Shown in pieces: positions 47,439 to 58,249 of a stretch of 64,000 bases of DNA. Every line of letters begins with the position of its first letter. Position 1 is the stretch's first letter. A program made the position numbers and the translations under genes. The notes under the pieces were generated by a model. The model saw nothing but the letters and a program-made list of their open reading frames with translations. It was not told where the DNA came from and ran no database searches. The stretch is from a virus: the IMG/VR virus record IMGVR_UViG_3300027659_000031, positions 3,085 to 67,084 of that record. The stretch is one strand, 5' to 3'.

Positions 47439-47743
47439 TGGACTACAAAAGACTTTCTTTAAGCAAAATAGGAGACAAGCTTATTAAAACATTAGAAGCT
47501 AAAGAACATTTTGATCGTAAAGAAGAAGAAAAGTCTTACGTAAAAAAGGTACAGATACTTAAAGAAATCCTCACTCAAGAATTTAAGTTTGTTACACAGA
47601 ATAAAGTAGCGCATTTAGTATATGCCACACGCGCACAGGTGCTCGAGAAGCACATATCTTATATAAAGAAGATACAGAATAATAAGATATTTGAGACCTC
47701 AGATAAGCAAATAATCGACACTCTTCTAGCCAAATACGGCTAA
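47435..47743 (+). CDS. hypothetical protein
   Basis: 102-aa ORF. Confidence 0.55.
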   Translation: MMDYKRLSLSKIGDKLIKTLEAKEHFDRKEEEKSYVKKVQILKEILTQEFKFVTQNKVAHLVYATRAQVLEKHISYIKKIQNNKIFETSDKQIIDTLLAKYG

Positions 47744-47747
47744 TTCA

Positions 47748-47922
47748 CAACTAATTGATAATCAATCAGTTAGGATTCCACTAAATAATCTCCAATCCAG
47801 GCCGCATTTCACTGAAGAATCTTTAATAAAACCTAGACTTTATTGAATGAAACAAAAAGTTTTAAAAAAGATTGAAAAAAAGTGCTCTGGATCAAAAATA
47901 GTTAGTATATTTACAATGTAAC
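47748..47922 (+). repeat. ~175-bp dispersed promoter cassette, copy 2
   Basis: Same palindrome and near-identical 3' 75 bp as copy 1. Confidence 0.85.
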
Positions 47923-47937
47923 AAACAAATAAAGGTT

Positions 47938-48828
47938 ATGAATAATCAAATCATCTTATCAGCATTAGAATCCCAATTGGCCATTAAGAAAGCAGACCGC
48001 GACTCGTATGAAACGTGTACATCAGAGCCCGCATTAAAAGCAGCGACTCAAGAAGTTTTAGAATCTCTTCGTGATAATGTATGTGCTCTCATTCCAAGTA
48101 TCATGCTTGATGAAAGTCGTATCGAGATCATGAAGTGTTCCAATTCAAATTCTTGGTCTGCTCTCACCGTATCTTTACAAAACGATTGGAGATCTGAGGA
48201 CAGAAAAGTATATGCAAAAATGAATTGGTATGGATCTAGTGCTACCACTCAAGAAGAGAATGTATTGAATGATGTTCGGATCTTTGGTGCAGTTGCAGCT
48301 AAACTTGCCTGGATCGAATACGAGTTCTTAAATAATTGGAGACCTAAGCTTATGGAAATAAACAAGCCATGTGACCTTATGCGATCCGAGATCTATAGTA
48401 TAGAGAGCGGTATCAGGGATATCAAACAGAAAATAACACAAGAAGGTATTGATACCTACAAGACAGAAGGATTCTTTTGCACTGTTATTCCAACCCTAAA
48501 CATAGAATTGGATTGGGAAGCGGATGAAATAGATCCATCTAAAGGACGTCCATACATATTGAAAGGAAATATTGCTAATATAAAATTATCAATAGGTAGA
48601 TCTAAGTGGGATTATGTATATGCTAAATCTTTCAAAGTCATAAAGACTAATAAATATAAAACTACTTTAGAAGTAACTCTTGGTGATGATAGGGTCGTAG
48701 AGCATATAGTCACAGCAAAATCATTTAACGACTTTATTGATCAAGTGTACAATTGGCAAACTGATAGAGCTAAAGAGCATAATGATAAAATGACAGAGAG
48801 ATTCAATACTCGATTCGCAACAAAATAA
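47938..48828 (+). CDS. hypothetical protein (coiled-coil)
   Basis: 296-aa ORF after cassette 2. Confidence 0.65.
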   Translation: MNNQIILSALESQLAIKKADRDSYETCTSEPALKAATQEVLESLRDNVCALIPSIMLDESRIEIMKCSNSNSWSALTVSLQNDWRSEDRKVYAKMNWYGSSATTQEENVLNDVRIFGAVAAKLAWIEYEFLNNWRPKLMEINKPCDLMRSEIYSIESGIRDIKQKITQEGIDTYKTEGFFCTVIPTLNIELDWEADEIDPSKGRPYILKGNIANIKLSIGRSKWDYVYAKSFKVIKTNKYKTTLEVTLGDDRVVEHIVTAKSFNDFIDQVYNWQTDRAKEHNDKMTERFNTRFATK

Positions 48829-48849
48829 AAACAAAATAAAATAAAAGTT

Positions 48850-49329
48850 ATGGGACTAGACATGTATTTATATCGTAAGACATTTCTCCACACAGGAGAT
48901 TATATCAATGAAGATAAAAAAGATAGTATAGTTGTCACTAAAGGAGGGCATTCCCATCCTAGTATTAAAAATGATAGAATCAAATATGTTGTAGAGGAAG
49001 TAGGGTATTGGAGAAAGGCCAATCAAATTCACAAGTGGTTCGTAGATAATGTACAAAACGGCGTAGATAATTGTGGAGAGTATGAAGTTAAAGAGGATCA
49101 ATTAGCAAATCTATTAGAGACCTGTAAACTAATACTAGACAAAGATCCTGGTAAGGCTAGCGTATTACTACCTGTGCAAAGCGGGTTTTTCTTTGGTAGC
49201 ACAAACTATGATCTAGACTATTTTAAAGATCTTGAAAATACTGTAAAGATTATTGAATCTTTATTTGAACAGGATCTTGATGGAGGTTCTTATTTGGAAG
49301 GAGACATTTATTATTCATCTAGTTGGTAA
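48850..49329 (+). CDS. conserved-type phage hypothetical protein
   Basis: MGLDMYL..YWRKANQIHKWFV..GFFFG..Y.SSW pattern. Confidence 0.7.
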   Translation: MGLDMYLYRKTFLHTGDYINEDKKDSIVVTKGGHSHPSIKNDRIKYVVEEVGYWRKANQIHKWFVDNVQNGVDNCGEYEVKEDQLANLLETCKLILDKDPGKASVLLPVQSGFFFGSTNYDLDYFKDLENTVKIIESLFEQDLDGGSYLEGDIYYSSSW

Positions 49330-49344
49330 TATAAAATAAAAATT

Positions 49345-49551
49345 ATGAATAAAAAGTATTGCATTGTATGTCAAAAATTAATACCAGAAGCCCGTGTTAA
49401 ATTAGGGTATCAAACTACTTGTGTAGATCATTCAACATCTACGCGATATACAGGTATTGTAGCAGCGGGATCTAAGAATGACTTCGAAGTTCATGTTATC
49501 AAAGATCCTGAGCTTGGCAAACGACTTGTTAGCTTAAGCAATATTTATTAA
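49345..49551 (+). CDS. DksA/TraR-like zinc-finger protein
   Basis: CIVC...IPEAR......CVDH. Confidence 0.55.
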   Translation: MNKKYCIVCQKLIPEARVKLGYQTTCVDHSTSTRYTGIVAAGSKNDFEVHVIKDPELGKRLVSLSNIY

Positions 49552-49562
49552 AAAAGAATCAA

Positions 49563-49856
49563 ATGAATTATGTAGACCCAGTATCGTACAGTAAGAAGAT
49601 CTTAGCTTTAATGGAAGATGAAATGCCAGAAGTTCAAGAAGTAGTTCCTGTAAAAGGAAAGAAGACTATGAAAGAAAGACTTTCAGAACTTACTCCAGAT
49701 GAAAAACAAAAACTAAAAGAATATATGGATGCTCTTAAAGAAATTAAGAAAGAAGTGTATGAACTTTTACATAAAAACCAAGTAGAAGAAGTTGGCGGCA
49801 ATATGTCCTCAGATCTTACAATGCCAATAAAAGAAGAAATAGATCTTAATGAATAA
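49563..49856 (+). CDS. hypothetical protein (ATATTTAT-preceded)
   Basis: Glu/Lys-rich; motif at 49541-49548. Confidence 0.55.
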   Translation: MNYVDPVSYSKKILALMEDEMPEVQEVVPVKGKKTMKERLSELTPDEKQKLKEYMDALKEIKKEVYELLHKNQVEEVGGNMSSDLTMPIKEEIDLNE

Positions 49857-49958
49857 GATCAACTTCTTGGGGCAATTGAAAATCTTTTAAGTCAAGGAGA
49901 GACGAGTCAAAATATTCTTAGAGTTGTAAAAGACACTTTAGGAATGTATTAGAGTTCT

Positions 49959-50318
49959 ATGAATAAAAAAATGGTTATGAATAATTTTGTTTTAGGAGTT
50001 TTATGGGGAATTGTAGGACAGTTATTGTCATTTATCCAATTACAAGCAGGTATTAAATGGGGATGGATTGATAAATACAGTATAGCACTTATGTTTTTAG
50101 GCCTTCCTATTAGTTGGTCATTCATGAAGAGTGTATATTATTTTATTAGTGCATTTGATGGACAACAATGGCCTTCTAGAATAATTGGATTCGGTATTGG
50201 AGTTATAGTATTTAGTATTCTTAGTTGGGTTCTATTTAAAGAGGGAATCAATCCAAAAACCGGAGTGTGTATACTTCTTAGTATAGTCATCATACTTATT
50301 CAAGTACTTTGGAAATAA
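49959..50318 (+). CDS. 4-TM membrane protein (SMR/EamA-like)
   Basis: Four hydrophobic helices; LFKEGI..K..V pattern. Confidence 0.6.
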   Translation: MNKKMVMNNFVLGVLWGIVGQLLSFIQLQAGIKWGWIDKYSIALMFLGLPISWSFMKSVYYFISAFDGQQWPSRIIGFGIGVIVFSILSWVLFKEGINPKTGVCILLSIVIILIQVLWK

Positions 50319-50355
50319 ATTATATTGTTCTATAAAATAGAATTAAATTTGTATT

Positions 50356-51120
50356 ATGCGTACATTAGTAATAGGAGACACCCACGGGAGATCTAATTGG
50401 AAATTAGCAGTACATCAAGAAAACCCTGACAGAGTTATATTCATCGGAGACTACTTTGATTCATTTGATATTTCTGGAGTAGAACAGATACATAACTTTA
50501 AAGAGATCATAGATTATAAAGAAACATCATTTACAAATGATGGTAAAGATAATCAACGTAAGACCGAAGTTGTATTGTTGATTGGTAACCATGATCATCA
50601 TTACTTTCCCGAAATCGGGTATACAGGTACTAGTGGGTATCAAAATAAAATAGCACCTTCAATTACTCAAGTCGTAGATGAGAATAGACACCATCTACAA
50701 ATGGCTTACGGCTTTGGAGAATTCCTATTTACTCACGCTGGTGTAAGTCCTGTGTTTATGGATCAAGTGTTTGGAAAAGATGGTTGGTCTAAAGAAATAG
50801 TTGTGGTTGACCTAAATGAATTGTTTAGGTATAAACCTAAAGCATTTGAATTTAATGGATTTGATGCTTACGGCGATAATTCAACACAAACTCCTATTTG
50901 GATTAGACCTAGATCTTTAATGTCTTCTAATAAGAAACATGAGAAAGGATTAAAGAAAGATTATATCCAAATTGTAGGGCATACAGGAATGAAACGAATT
51001 GATTTAGACGGTAGTGATAAATTCACTGGTGGTAGATATTACTTCATTGACACAATGGGCACATCAGGAGAATACCTAGTAATAGAAGACGGTATAATAA
51101 GAACCAATTCAGTAAAATAA
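50356..51120 (+). CDS. calcineurin-like metallophosphoesterase
   Basis: GDTHG, GDYFD, GNHD, THAG, VGHT. Confidence 0.88.
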   Translation: MRTLVIGDTHGRSNWKLAVHQENPDRVIFIGDYFDSFDISGVEQIHNFKEIIDYKETSFTNDGKDNQRKTEVVLLIGNHDHHYFPEIGYTGTSGYQNKIAPSITQVVDENRHHLQMAYGFGEFLFTHAGVSPVFMDQVFGKDGWSKEIVVVDLNELFRYKPKAFEFNGFDAYGDNSTQTPIWIRPRSLMSSNKKHEKGLKKDYIQIVGHTGMKRIDLDGSDKFTGGRYYFIDTMGTSGEYLVIEDGIIRTNSVK

Positions 51121-51125
51121 ATGGT

Positions 51126-52332
51126 ATGAAAGAGAACAAAAAGAAATTAATAATAAAAGAATTAATTGATAAGATGTTTGAAATTGCCGGCCATCCTCTT
51201 AAATTTGAAGATGTTGAAGGTAGAACTGATAATTGGTTCCAAGAATATACAATGACTGAAGATCAAAATAAAGAGTGGAAAGATTGGGGTATTAAATTGT
51301 TAAAAAAGAAAAAACGTTATAACAATTACTTAGCTGATCTTGAAATAAGAATGTTAGATTTATATTGTGGATTAAAAATATCTGATAGTACATTTTATAA
51401 TAAAGAAGAAAAAATATAAAGAGTTATGCCAACATTTAAAGAAGACGTAGAAGTAGAAATGTCAATAGATCCGGAAGATTATGTTGAAGGGTGTAATGAG
51501 TACTCTAAGAATAGACTTATTGACGCTCTAATAGAAGACGGATGCTTAAACGAATATTGCAGAGGAGTTTACCAATACGGACTTCTTTCTCCACCAGAAT
51601 TTTTTTATGTTACAGCAATTCATAAACTCAAGAACAAATGGAATATGCTTACTCAAGAAGAAGAGGAGCTTATTATAAAAATTGCAAATCGTTTCTAATG
51701 GCACATGTAGTTGATATAGTTGATAGGATAGAAGAAATGTTCACTGACGTACCTGATAAAAGAAAGAAAAAAGAATATCAAGAGTGGAAGAATACTATCA
51801 ATAAGTTAATTGAAGAAGTTAATAAACTATCTAAAACAAAAATGTATTTAAATATAAAATAAATAGAATATGGAAGAGGACTATAAAGATTTAAGTACGG
51901 GACACTATTTTGAATTAGCAGACAGACTATCAATCATTATGGGAAATCTAGATGAATATTGTTACAACCATCCGGCAGCAAATGATAAGATACAGAAATC
52001 TATAGATAGAGCTATGAAAAATCTTTGGGAAGCATATCAAATTACAGGAGAAAATATATAACTATATGGCAGACTTTAGCAAACAATGGTGCGAATTAAA
52101 TGATCCTGAGATGCCTCACGATTTTGATATAGAGGAAATAGCAAGTGAATTAAAAGATGATCACTATGTTACTTATATTTGCGAAGGATTCGGTTTTACA
52201 GCAATAGCAAAAGATAAAGAAGGAAAGACTATATTATATTTTCCTGATTGGGAATTCACAGGAGTGGAAGATAAATCTCATTGGATAGAATATGATATAT
52301 TTATTAAACAACAAAAAAATAAAGTTTTATGA
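51126..52332 (+). other. run of five small hypothetical CDS (51126-51419, 51426-51698, ~51698-51862, 51870-52061, 52066-52332)
   Basis: Tightly packed + strand ORFs with A-rich starts; no recognisable motifs. Confidence 0.55.
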
Positions 52333-52789
52333 TTGGAGCAATTATATTTGTAATCTTATTAGGAGCAGGAGTATTTAAGATGGTGTATGATCATCAAATA
52401 GTTAAAGATTTACAAAAGATTAGATCATTCCAAGATGATTTAAATGATGATACGATAGAGGAATAGCAAAAAGAAAACACGACGGGCGGGGGCTCATTCC
52501 GCGAGGGCCTAAAAAATATCATAAATATATATATGAATTGGAAACATGGCTACTCCAATTTTAATTAATAGCCCTATAAAAAGAAAGGCTTATATTTGTA
52601 TAAACAAAAAAAAATAGAATATGAATCCAAGTACAGTAGTTATGGTCTTAGGTTTTTTTTTTCTAATATTAAATTTAGTATGGCCAAGTAAGAAGTGGGG
52701 AGGAGTGGCAATAAAGATTGTCTTCTCATCTATAAGTTTGGGCCTCTTCTTGGCAAATGCTATTTACACATTTGCAAAATAATATTACT

Positions 52790-53170
52790 ATGAAGATTGA
52801 AGTATCTAATGCTGAGATTCTAGATAAGTTTAGTATCCTAATGATTAAAGGGTTTAGGATAGAAGACGAGGATAAAATAAGAAACATCCAAAAGGAAATA
52901 GATGTATTACTTCCTATAGCTGATGAGCTTACAGAAGAGGAGGAGGTCTACTCTAAGTATCTTGAGCTCATTAAAGTTAATGAAGAGCTGTGGGAAATTG
53001 AGGATGAAATTCGTGAGTACGAAAAAAGACAGCACTTTGAAGGGAGATTTATTCAACTCGCCAGACTTGTGTATATTACAAATGATAGAAGAGCAGAGAT
53101 CAAAAAGGAGATTAATCTTTTAACAGGTTCTAATCTAATTGAAGAAAAATCATATAAAGAATACAAATGA
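52790..53170 (+). CDS. DUF6165-like protein
   Basis: S..E..DK.SIL.IK..N..LWEIED.IR..F..LAR.VY.TND.RA..K..IN...S...EEKSY. Confidence 0.7.
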   Translation: MKIEVSNAEILDKFSILMIKGFRIEDEDKIRNIQKEIDVLLPIADELTEEEEVYSKYLELIKVNEELWEIEDEIREYEKRQHFEGRFIQLARLVYITNDRRAEIKKEINLLTGSNLIEEKSYKEYK

Positions 53171-53541
53171 AAGATTTTGAAGACTACAGTATTGGATCAG
53201 GTGACGAGTATGCAGATATTTTGATTAATAACCTAATAGCATCAGATGATTTAAATGAGGAACTTCATGAGGATTTGATTAAGTACTGGGCTGAGGAGAT
53301 AAGGAAGACCTGTAATGAGAGGTACTCTCTCTACATTAAAGGAGAGGCTGATGACTACAGGTTATACGAAAGAGATATGCTAGACACCTACAAGGAGGCA
53401 AGCCTTAGAGCAACACAAGAAATTATAAATAATCTTGTTGAGAAGGGTCAAATACAGATGGCAATTAATGAAGAGGGAGAGATTGTATATGGTTCTAAGG
53501 ATTGGGATTGGCTTAAGAATAAAACTAAAAGAAAAAAATAA
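53167..53541 (+). CDS. hypothetical protein
   Basis: 124-aa ORF. Confidence 0.55.
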   Translation: MKDFEDYSIGSGDEYADILINNLIASDDLNEELHEDLIKYWAEEIRKTCNERYSLYIKGEADDYRLYERDMLDTYKEASLRATQEIINNLVEKGQIQMAINEEGEIVYGSKDWDWLKNKTKRKK

Positions 53542-53547
53542 TAAGAT

Positions 53548-53790
53548 ATGGCAAAGGCAATATTAGAATTTGATCTTAATGAACCAGAAGATAGAAATGA
53601 ACACGAAAGGATGCTGAAGTCTCTAGATCTGTGTCTTGCTCTGTGGGATATGGATCAGTATCTTAGGAGTCAGACCAAGTACAATGAGTCTCTAACTCAA
53701 GAACAGTGGGATGTACTAGATGAGACTAGAACTAAGTTGTATGAGATTATGAATGCAAAAGCAATATCACTTGACGATTTATTAAAATAA
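53548..53790 (+). CDS. hypothetical protein
   Basis: KAILEFDL.EPED pattern. Confidence 0.6.
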   Translation: MAKAILEFDLNEPEDRNEHERMLKSLDLCLALWDMDQYLRSQTKYNESLTQEQWDVLDETRTKLYEIMNAKAISLDDLLK

Positions 53791-53815
53791 AAAACTAAGT
53801 ACTTAAATAAAAGTT

Positions 53816-54757
53816 ATGAATAATCTTGGTTACGCCTGTATTTGTATGTCACTACCTGGAAGAACCACTAATAGAACTATGCGTAAGGCCACTCTAGACC
53901 AAAAGGGGATCGGGTATCAATCTCAATTAGCTCTTCAAAACGTATCAGACCTTATCTATATTTTAGAGTGGAACAGGCAGAACGGAATATCATTCTTTAG
54001 GATGAGTAGCGACATGATACCTTGGGGCAATACTATTGATCTAGAGACACTACCTGACTACAAGAAGATTGCAAAAGAACTTAAAAAAGCTGGAAACTTT
54101 GCTAAGTTTCATAACATAAGACTAAGTATGCATCCGGGTCCATTCACCACTCTTAGTAGTCCAAAAAATAAAGTAGTAGAAGACGGCATCAAAGACCTTG
54201 AACTACATGGTAAGGTTATGGATCTTATGGGCCTTTCTAGAACTCCTTATAATAAGATCAACATTCATATGGGTGGTACACATGGAGACAAGACAGCATG
54301 CTTACAGAGGTTCGTTGAGAACTTTACAAGGATTAGCCGGTCTGTAAGATCTAGGCTTACTATAGAGAATGATGATAAGGAATCTCTTTATACAGTTAAG
54401 GATCTTATGTTCCTACATGAGAGAATCAAAATCCCTATAGTGTTTGATTATCACCATCATAAGTGTCAGAAGGACCCTATGTCAGAAGAGGATGCACTTA
54501 GGCTTGCCGCTTCTACTTGGCCAGAAGGAATCAAACCTGTAGTACACTATTCAGAATCCAAGGCTTTACATGAATCTGATAATAAGATAAAACCTCAGGC
54601 TCATTCTGATTATGTAAACGCCCTACCTAACCTGTACGGTGTACAAGCAGACGTCATGATAGAAGCTAAAGCAAAAGAGCTTACGCTCTTAAAAATTAGA
54701 GAGAGTGAAAACCTCTGCCACTATTCAGGACTGAGAAAGGTAGAATCTTATAAGTAA
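53816..54757 (+). CDS. uvsE: UV damage endonuclease
   Basis: LGYAC, FRMSS, RLSMHP, INIH.GG, ENDDK, FDYHHH, HYSES, AHSD, MIEAKAKE. Confidence 0.92.
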   Translation: MNNLGYACICMSLPGRTTNRTMRKATLDQKGIGYQSQLALQNVSDLIYILEWNRQNGISFFRMSSDMIPWGNTIDLETLPDYKKIAKELKKAGNFAKFHNIRLSMHPGPFTTLSSPKNKVVEDGIKDLELHGKVMDLMGLSRTPYNKINIHMGGTHGDKTACLQRFVENFTRISRSVRSRLTIENDDKESLYTVKDLMFLHERIKIPIVFDYHHHKCQKDPMSEEDALRLAASTWPEGIKPVVHYSESKALHESDNKIKPQAHSDYVNALPNLYGVQADVMIEAKAKELTLLKIRESENLCHYSGLRKVESYK

Positions 54758-54865
54758 AATAAAAAGTAGAAAAAAGTAGCCACTCTAAAGATTGATGTTA
54801 ACAGGTTCAAAAATAAGTCTTATATTTACTATATATCAATTAACAAAAACAAAAAACAAGCAGTT

Positions 54866-55114
54866 ATGCAAAACAACACAAACCGCCCGTCTAGCTACAC
54901 TAAGTTGAGCTACATTCAGAAAGTTAGCCGTATCAACCGTAAGCTCCGTACTGGAGATGTTACTAAAGTAGCACAAACAACAGGCTTTAGTCCTAATTAT
55001 ACCTCAGAGGTTATCTCAGGTAAACATTTTAACGAGCGTATCGTCAACGAAGCGTATGACGTAACTCGTGGTCGTATGTCTAATGCTGTTAAGCTTTCCA
55101 CTTTAGACGCTTAA
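54866..55114 (+). CDS. small basic HTH-like DNA-binding protein
   Basis: GDVTKVA..TGFS..Y.SEV.SG; own promoter (54821-54828) and terminator. Confidence 0.6.
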   Translation: MQNNTNRPSSYTKLSYIQKVSRINRKLRTGDVTKVAQTTGFSPNYTSEVISGKHFNERIVNEAYDVTRGRMSNAVKLSTLDA

Positions 55115-55138
55115 TTTAGGCATTCATTGATTGTTACC

Positions 55139-55168
55139 GGCCTGGGATCTCTATCCTGGGCCTTTTTT
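55139..55168 (+). terminator. intrinsic terminator
   Basis: GGCCTGGGAT-CTCT-ATCCTGGGCC stem followed by T6. Confidence 0.8.
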
Positions 55169-55169
55169 A

Positions 55170-55345
55170 TAACTAATTGATAATCAATCACTTATAAAAC
55201 CATTGAAGATTCTTCAATACAAGCTAGAATCCACTAAAGAATCTTCAGAGAAACCTAGGTTTTACTAAACGAAACAAAAAGTTTTAAAATAGTTGGCTCC
55301 AATGTGCCCCCAGTTCAAAAATAGTTAGTATATTTACAATGTAAC
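55170..55345 (+). repeat. ~175-bp dispersed promoter cassette, copy 3
   Basis: Same palindromes and TCAAAAATAGTTAGTATATTTACAATGTAAC end. Confidence 0.85.
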
Positions 55346-55353
55346 AAACAATA

Positions 55354-55566
55354 ATGAATATGTTAATGAAACAAATGAGAGATTTAGAGAGGCTTGCTAC
55401 GATGCAAGAAGAGGAGTTCAAAAGAACTAACCAAGATTATGAACCTATGTTCCCAGAAGGATGGGCCGATGACAAGAATTGGCTAGATCTTAAATATGAC
55501 TACGACTCCTTTAGGAAGATCCAGATCGAGATCGATGACTATAATGAGCGTATGGTCGGTTGTTAA
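55354..55566 (+). CDS. hypothetical protein
   Basis: First gene after cassette 3. Confidence 0.55.
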   Translation: MNMLMKQMRDLERLATMQEEEFKRTNQDYEPMFPEGWADDKNWLDLKYDYDSFRKIQIEIDDYNERMVGC

Positions 55567-55571
55567 ACATC

Positions 55572-55664
55572 AGTCAGGTGGCGGAATTGGTAGACGCTAA
55601 TTAACAGATAGAGAGAATAAAGGAATGGTTATCTCTCATACAGGTTCGAATCCTGTCCTGACTA
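55572..55664 (+). ncRNA. tRNA-like RNA lacking a canonical anticodon arm
   Basis: AGTCAGG/CCTGACT acceptor, D-arm GCG-GAATTGGTAGA-CGC, T-arm ACAGG-TTCGAAT-CCTGT; central region is an unpaired run plus a GAGAG/CTCTC hairpin. Confidence 0.75.
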
Positions 55665-55679
55665 CAAAAAATAAAAGTT

Positions 55680-57276
55680 ATGATATACCAAATTAAACTC
55701 AAAGACCTTAAGCAACAAGACGGAATGTATTACATCGGAGACTTCGTGGACATAGAAGGTTCAGGATGGGTAGACAAGGATATGGCACTTCAGACAATCG
55801 ACATACTCAATGCCGAAGCCAACCAACCTATTATCGATGACTTTGAAGATGATTTTTTTGCTGATCAAGAATTTTAATATATTACAATAAATAAGCTATG
55901 AACAGAAGATTAAAAAAAGGACAGCACGGCTGGATCACTCAGTCAATCTTAGACTTCGTATATCTTAATGGTGAAGTTTCTTACAAAGAAATGGACACTC
56001 ACTATCTAGTGGTTTGCCAAGGAAAACCTGCCTATCAGAAAAGCAGTTCATTTAACCACCATTGGACAAATTTAACTAAACCATCGAATAAACGTAGATG
56101 TCGCAGGTATTTAATTAAAGGATCTAACAGAAAGTATACCATAGGATTCGCGTTCACAGCAGCAGATCTTTATAAAACTAAATAAAAGTTATGACAGCAC
56201 AAGAGAAAGCAATTAAATTAATCTCAATGAACGAGTTAATAGTGTTAGCAGAAACAGGACGTAAGTTAACAATGGATGAACGTAAAGGTATTGCTAAACG
56301 CCAAGCAATTGAAACTTGTAATGAGGTATTAGGGTTTATGGGTGCGGATCGTGGTTATTCATTTTGGGTTGAAGTAAAACAAGAAATAGAAAAAATATGA
56401 AAGTTATAGCAATTAGAGATAGTTACTTTAACGATGGTATTAAACCAACAGATAAGGCGATTCATAAAGGATCAATATACCATGTAGTAAATAAACATTT
56501 CAAACCAGAAGATATATATTTCTATGATACAGAAACACATTATCCAAATGGTGTTCATTTATATGAATTATTGGAACAAAAGGGAATGCATGTAGTAGAT
56601 CTATTTTTAGAGTTACCTAATGATTTATTTGAAGTTGAAAAAATAAAACAAGATGAGTACATTTGAAATTGATTTCTTTGAATTAGCATTTCTAGCCGAG
56701 GCGTGTATACCACCGCGTCCAATTGCTCGAGCTATGTTTTGGCAAAGCCTAACAGACAAGTATTGGGAGCAAATGACCGAAAGCGAACGTGCTCATATGT
56801 TTGAATGGCTTCAGAAGAGTTGGGTGTATGAGGAGAGTTTGAAGGAAGAAGAGGATACTCAAGTATTCCATACTAGATTCAATCCAGATAACCAATATAC
56901 TATTAAGGTTGATTATGATGGTGAGTTAAGCGAACATAGAGCATTTAAATTAAACGATAATTACTACATAGGTAGGAATAGATGGGTAGCAGATGAATAT
57001 ATTGTATCGATTAATAAACTTCCATATCCATAATAAAATATTAATATGACACGAAAAGAAATAGAAAAATTAGCTGAATCTGCTTGGGAAGGATGTCATC
57101 TCCCTGAGGTTGATAAGCAATTTTGGGTAAATGGGTTTATACACGGCTATCTAAATGCTCAAGTAGATAATATAGATAAACAGAATCAAGCGAGTCATGA
57201 TAAGATATCAGATATATTAATTAATAATATAAATCCAAAGTGTAAGTACTGTGGGGGAGAGGATAGAGGACAGTAA
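55680..57276 (+). other. run of six small hypothetical CDS (55680-55877, 55898-56185, 56191-56400, 56397-56666, 56653-57033, 57046-57276)
   Basis: Packed + strand ORFs, several with AAAGTTATG starts. Confidence 0.55.
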
Positions 57277-57521
57277 TAAATAATCTATATATGACAGTAA
57301 AAGACAGGGCTCAATTTTTGATAGAGAGATACGGGCAAGACTCTATAAAAGTTATTAAAGACGTTATAGATGTAAAAGACCAAGATCCTGAAACTATTAA
57401 GTACTGGCAAGAGGTATTAAAGGTATGTAAAGAGACTGTAAAAAAGAAGAGAGAACACTAAAAAGGTATACTTTTCTATTTCAAAAGATTATTATATATT
57501 TATATAAACAAACAATAAGTT

Positions 57522-58148
57522 ATGAAAAAAAGCAAGTTTGCATTAAAAGACAATAGATCTTTTAAGGTAAAAGCCACTAGCTTTGCACAAAGTTTGCTAT
57601 TCTGGAAAGGCAGAAAGAAAGGCATGATCCATACTAGAGATATTACCTTAGATGATATTAGATCAGTATTCTTTCCTAAAAACTTCTATGAAAAGTACCA
57701 CTATTTAGGAAGTGTACCTTGGAATGAGGAAGGCGAAATCTTTAAAGCAATGGAACCTTTAATTGTATTCATGGACTATAAAGCAAAACCTAAGTGGTGT
57801 CCAAGGTGGTTCTTAAGATTCCTACACTTATTTGGATCAGATAATTCTATAGTGAGAGTAAGAAATAGAGTGCTACATGACTTTTTAATGTATCTTACTG
57901 GAAGATATATAATATTTGATTATAAGACTAAATGGCATTATTATGATCTTCGGATATCAATTAGTGGAGATACTCAAATGTGGAATTTAGCTACTAGTAT
58001 AGAAAACAGATTCTATGAACAAGGACGCAGAGAAGATTTAGCACAGCAGATCAAAGACTTAGATCCTAATACTAAATTTGACAAAGGATTCTCATTAAAC
58101 GATTTGCAAGATGAGTTAGAAAGACTTGATGGAGTAAATGAATTTTAA
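57522..58148 (+). CDS. hypothetical protein
   Basis: 208-aa ORF, upstream TATATTTA. Confidence 0.6.
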   Translation: MKKSKFALKDNRSFKVKATSFAQSLLFWKGRKKGMIHTRDITLDDIRSVFFPKNFYEKYHYLGSVPWNEEGEIFKAMEPLIVFMDYKAKPKWCPRWFLRFLHLFGSDNSIVRVRNRVLHDFLMYLTGRYIIFDYKTKWHYYDLRISISGDTQMWNLATSIENRFYEQGRREDLAQQIKDLDPNTKFDKGFSLNDLQDELERLDGVNEF

Positions 58149-58249
58149 AAAAATCTATATGAAGTACGAAAATTTCTTAAAAGTTATAATGACTCAAAGA
58201 AAATTAGAACAACAAGTACATACTCTTATTAGAAATAAACAAATAAACT

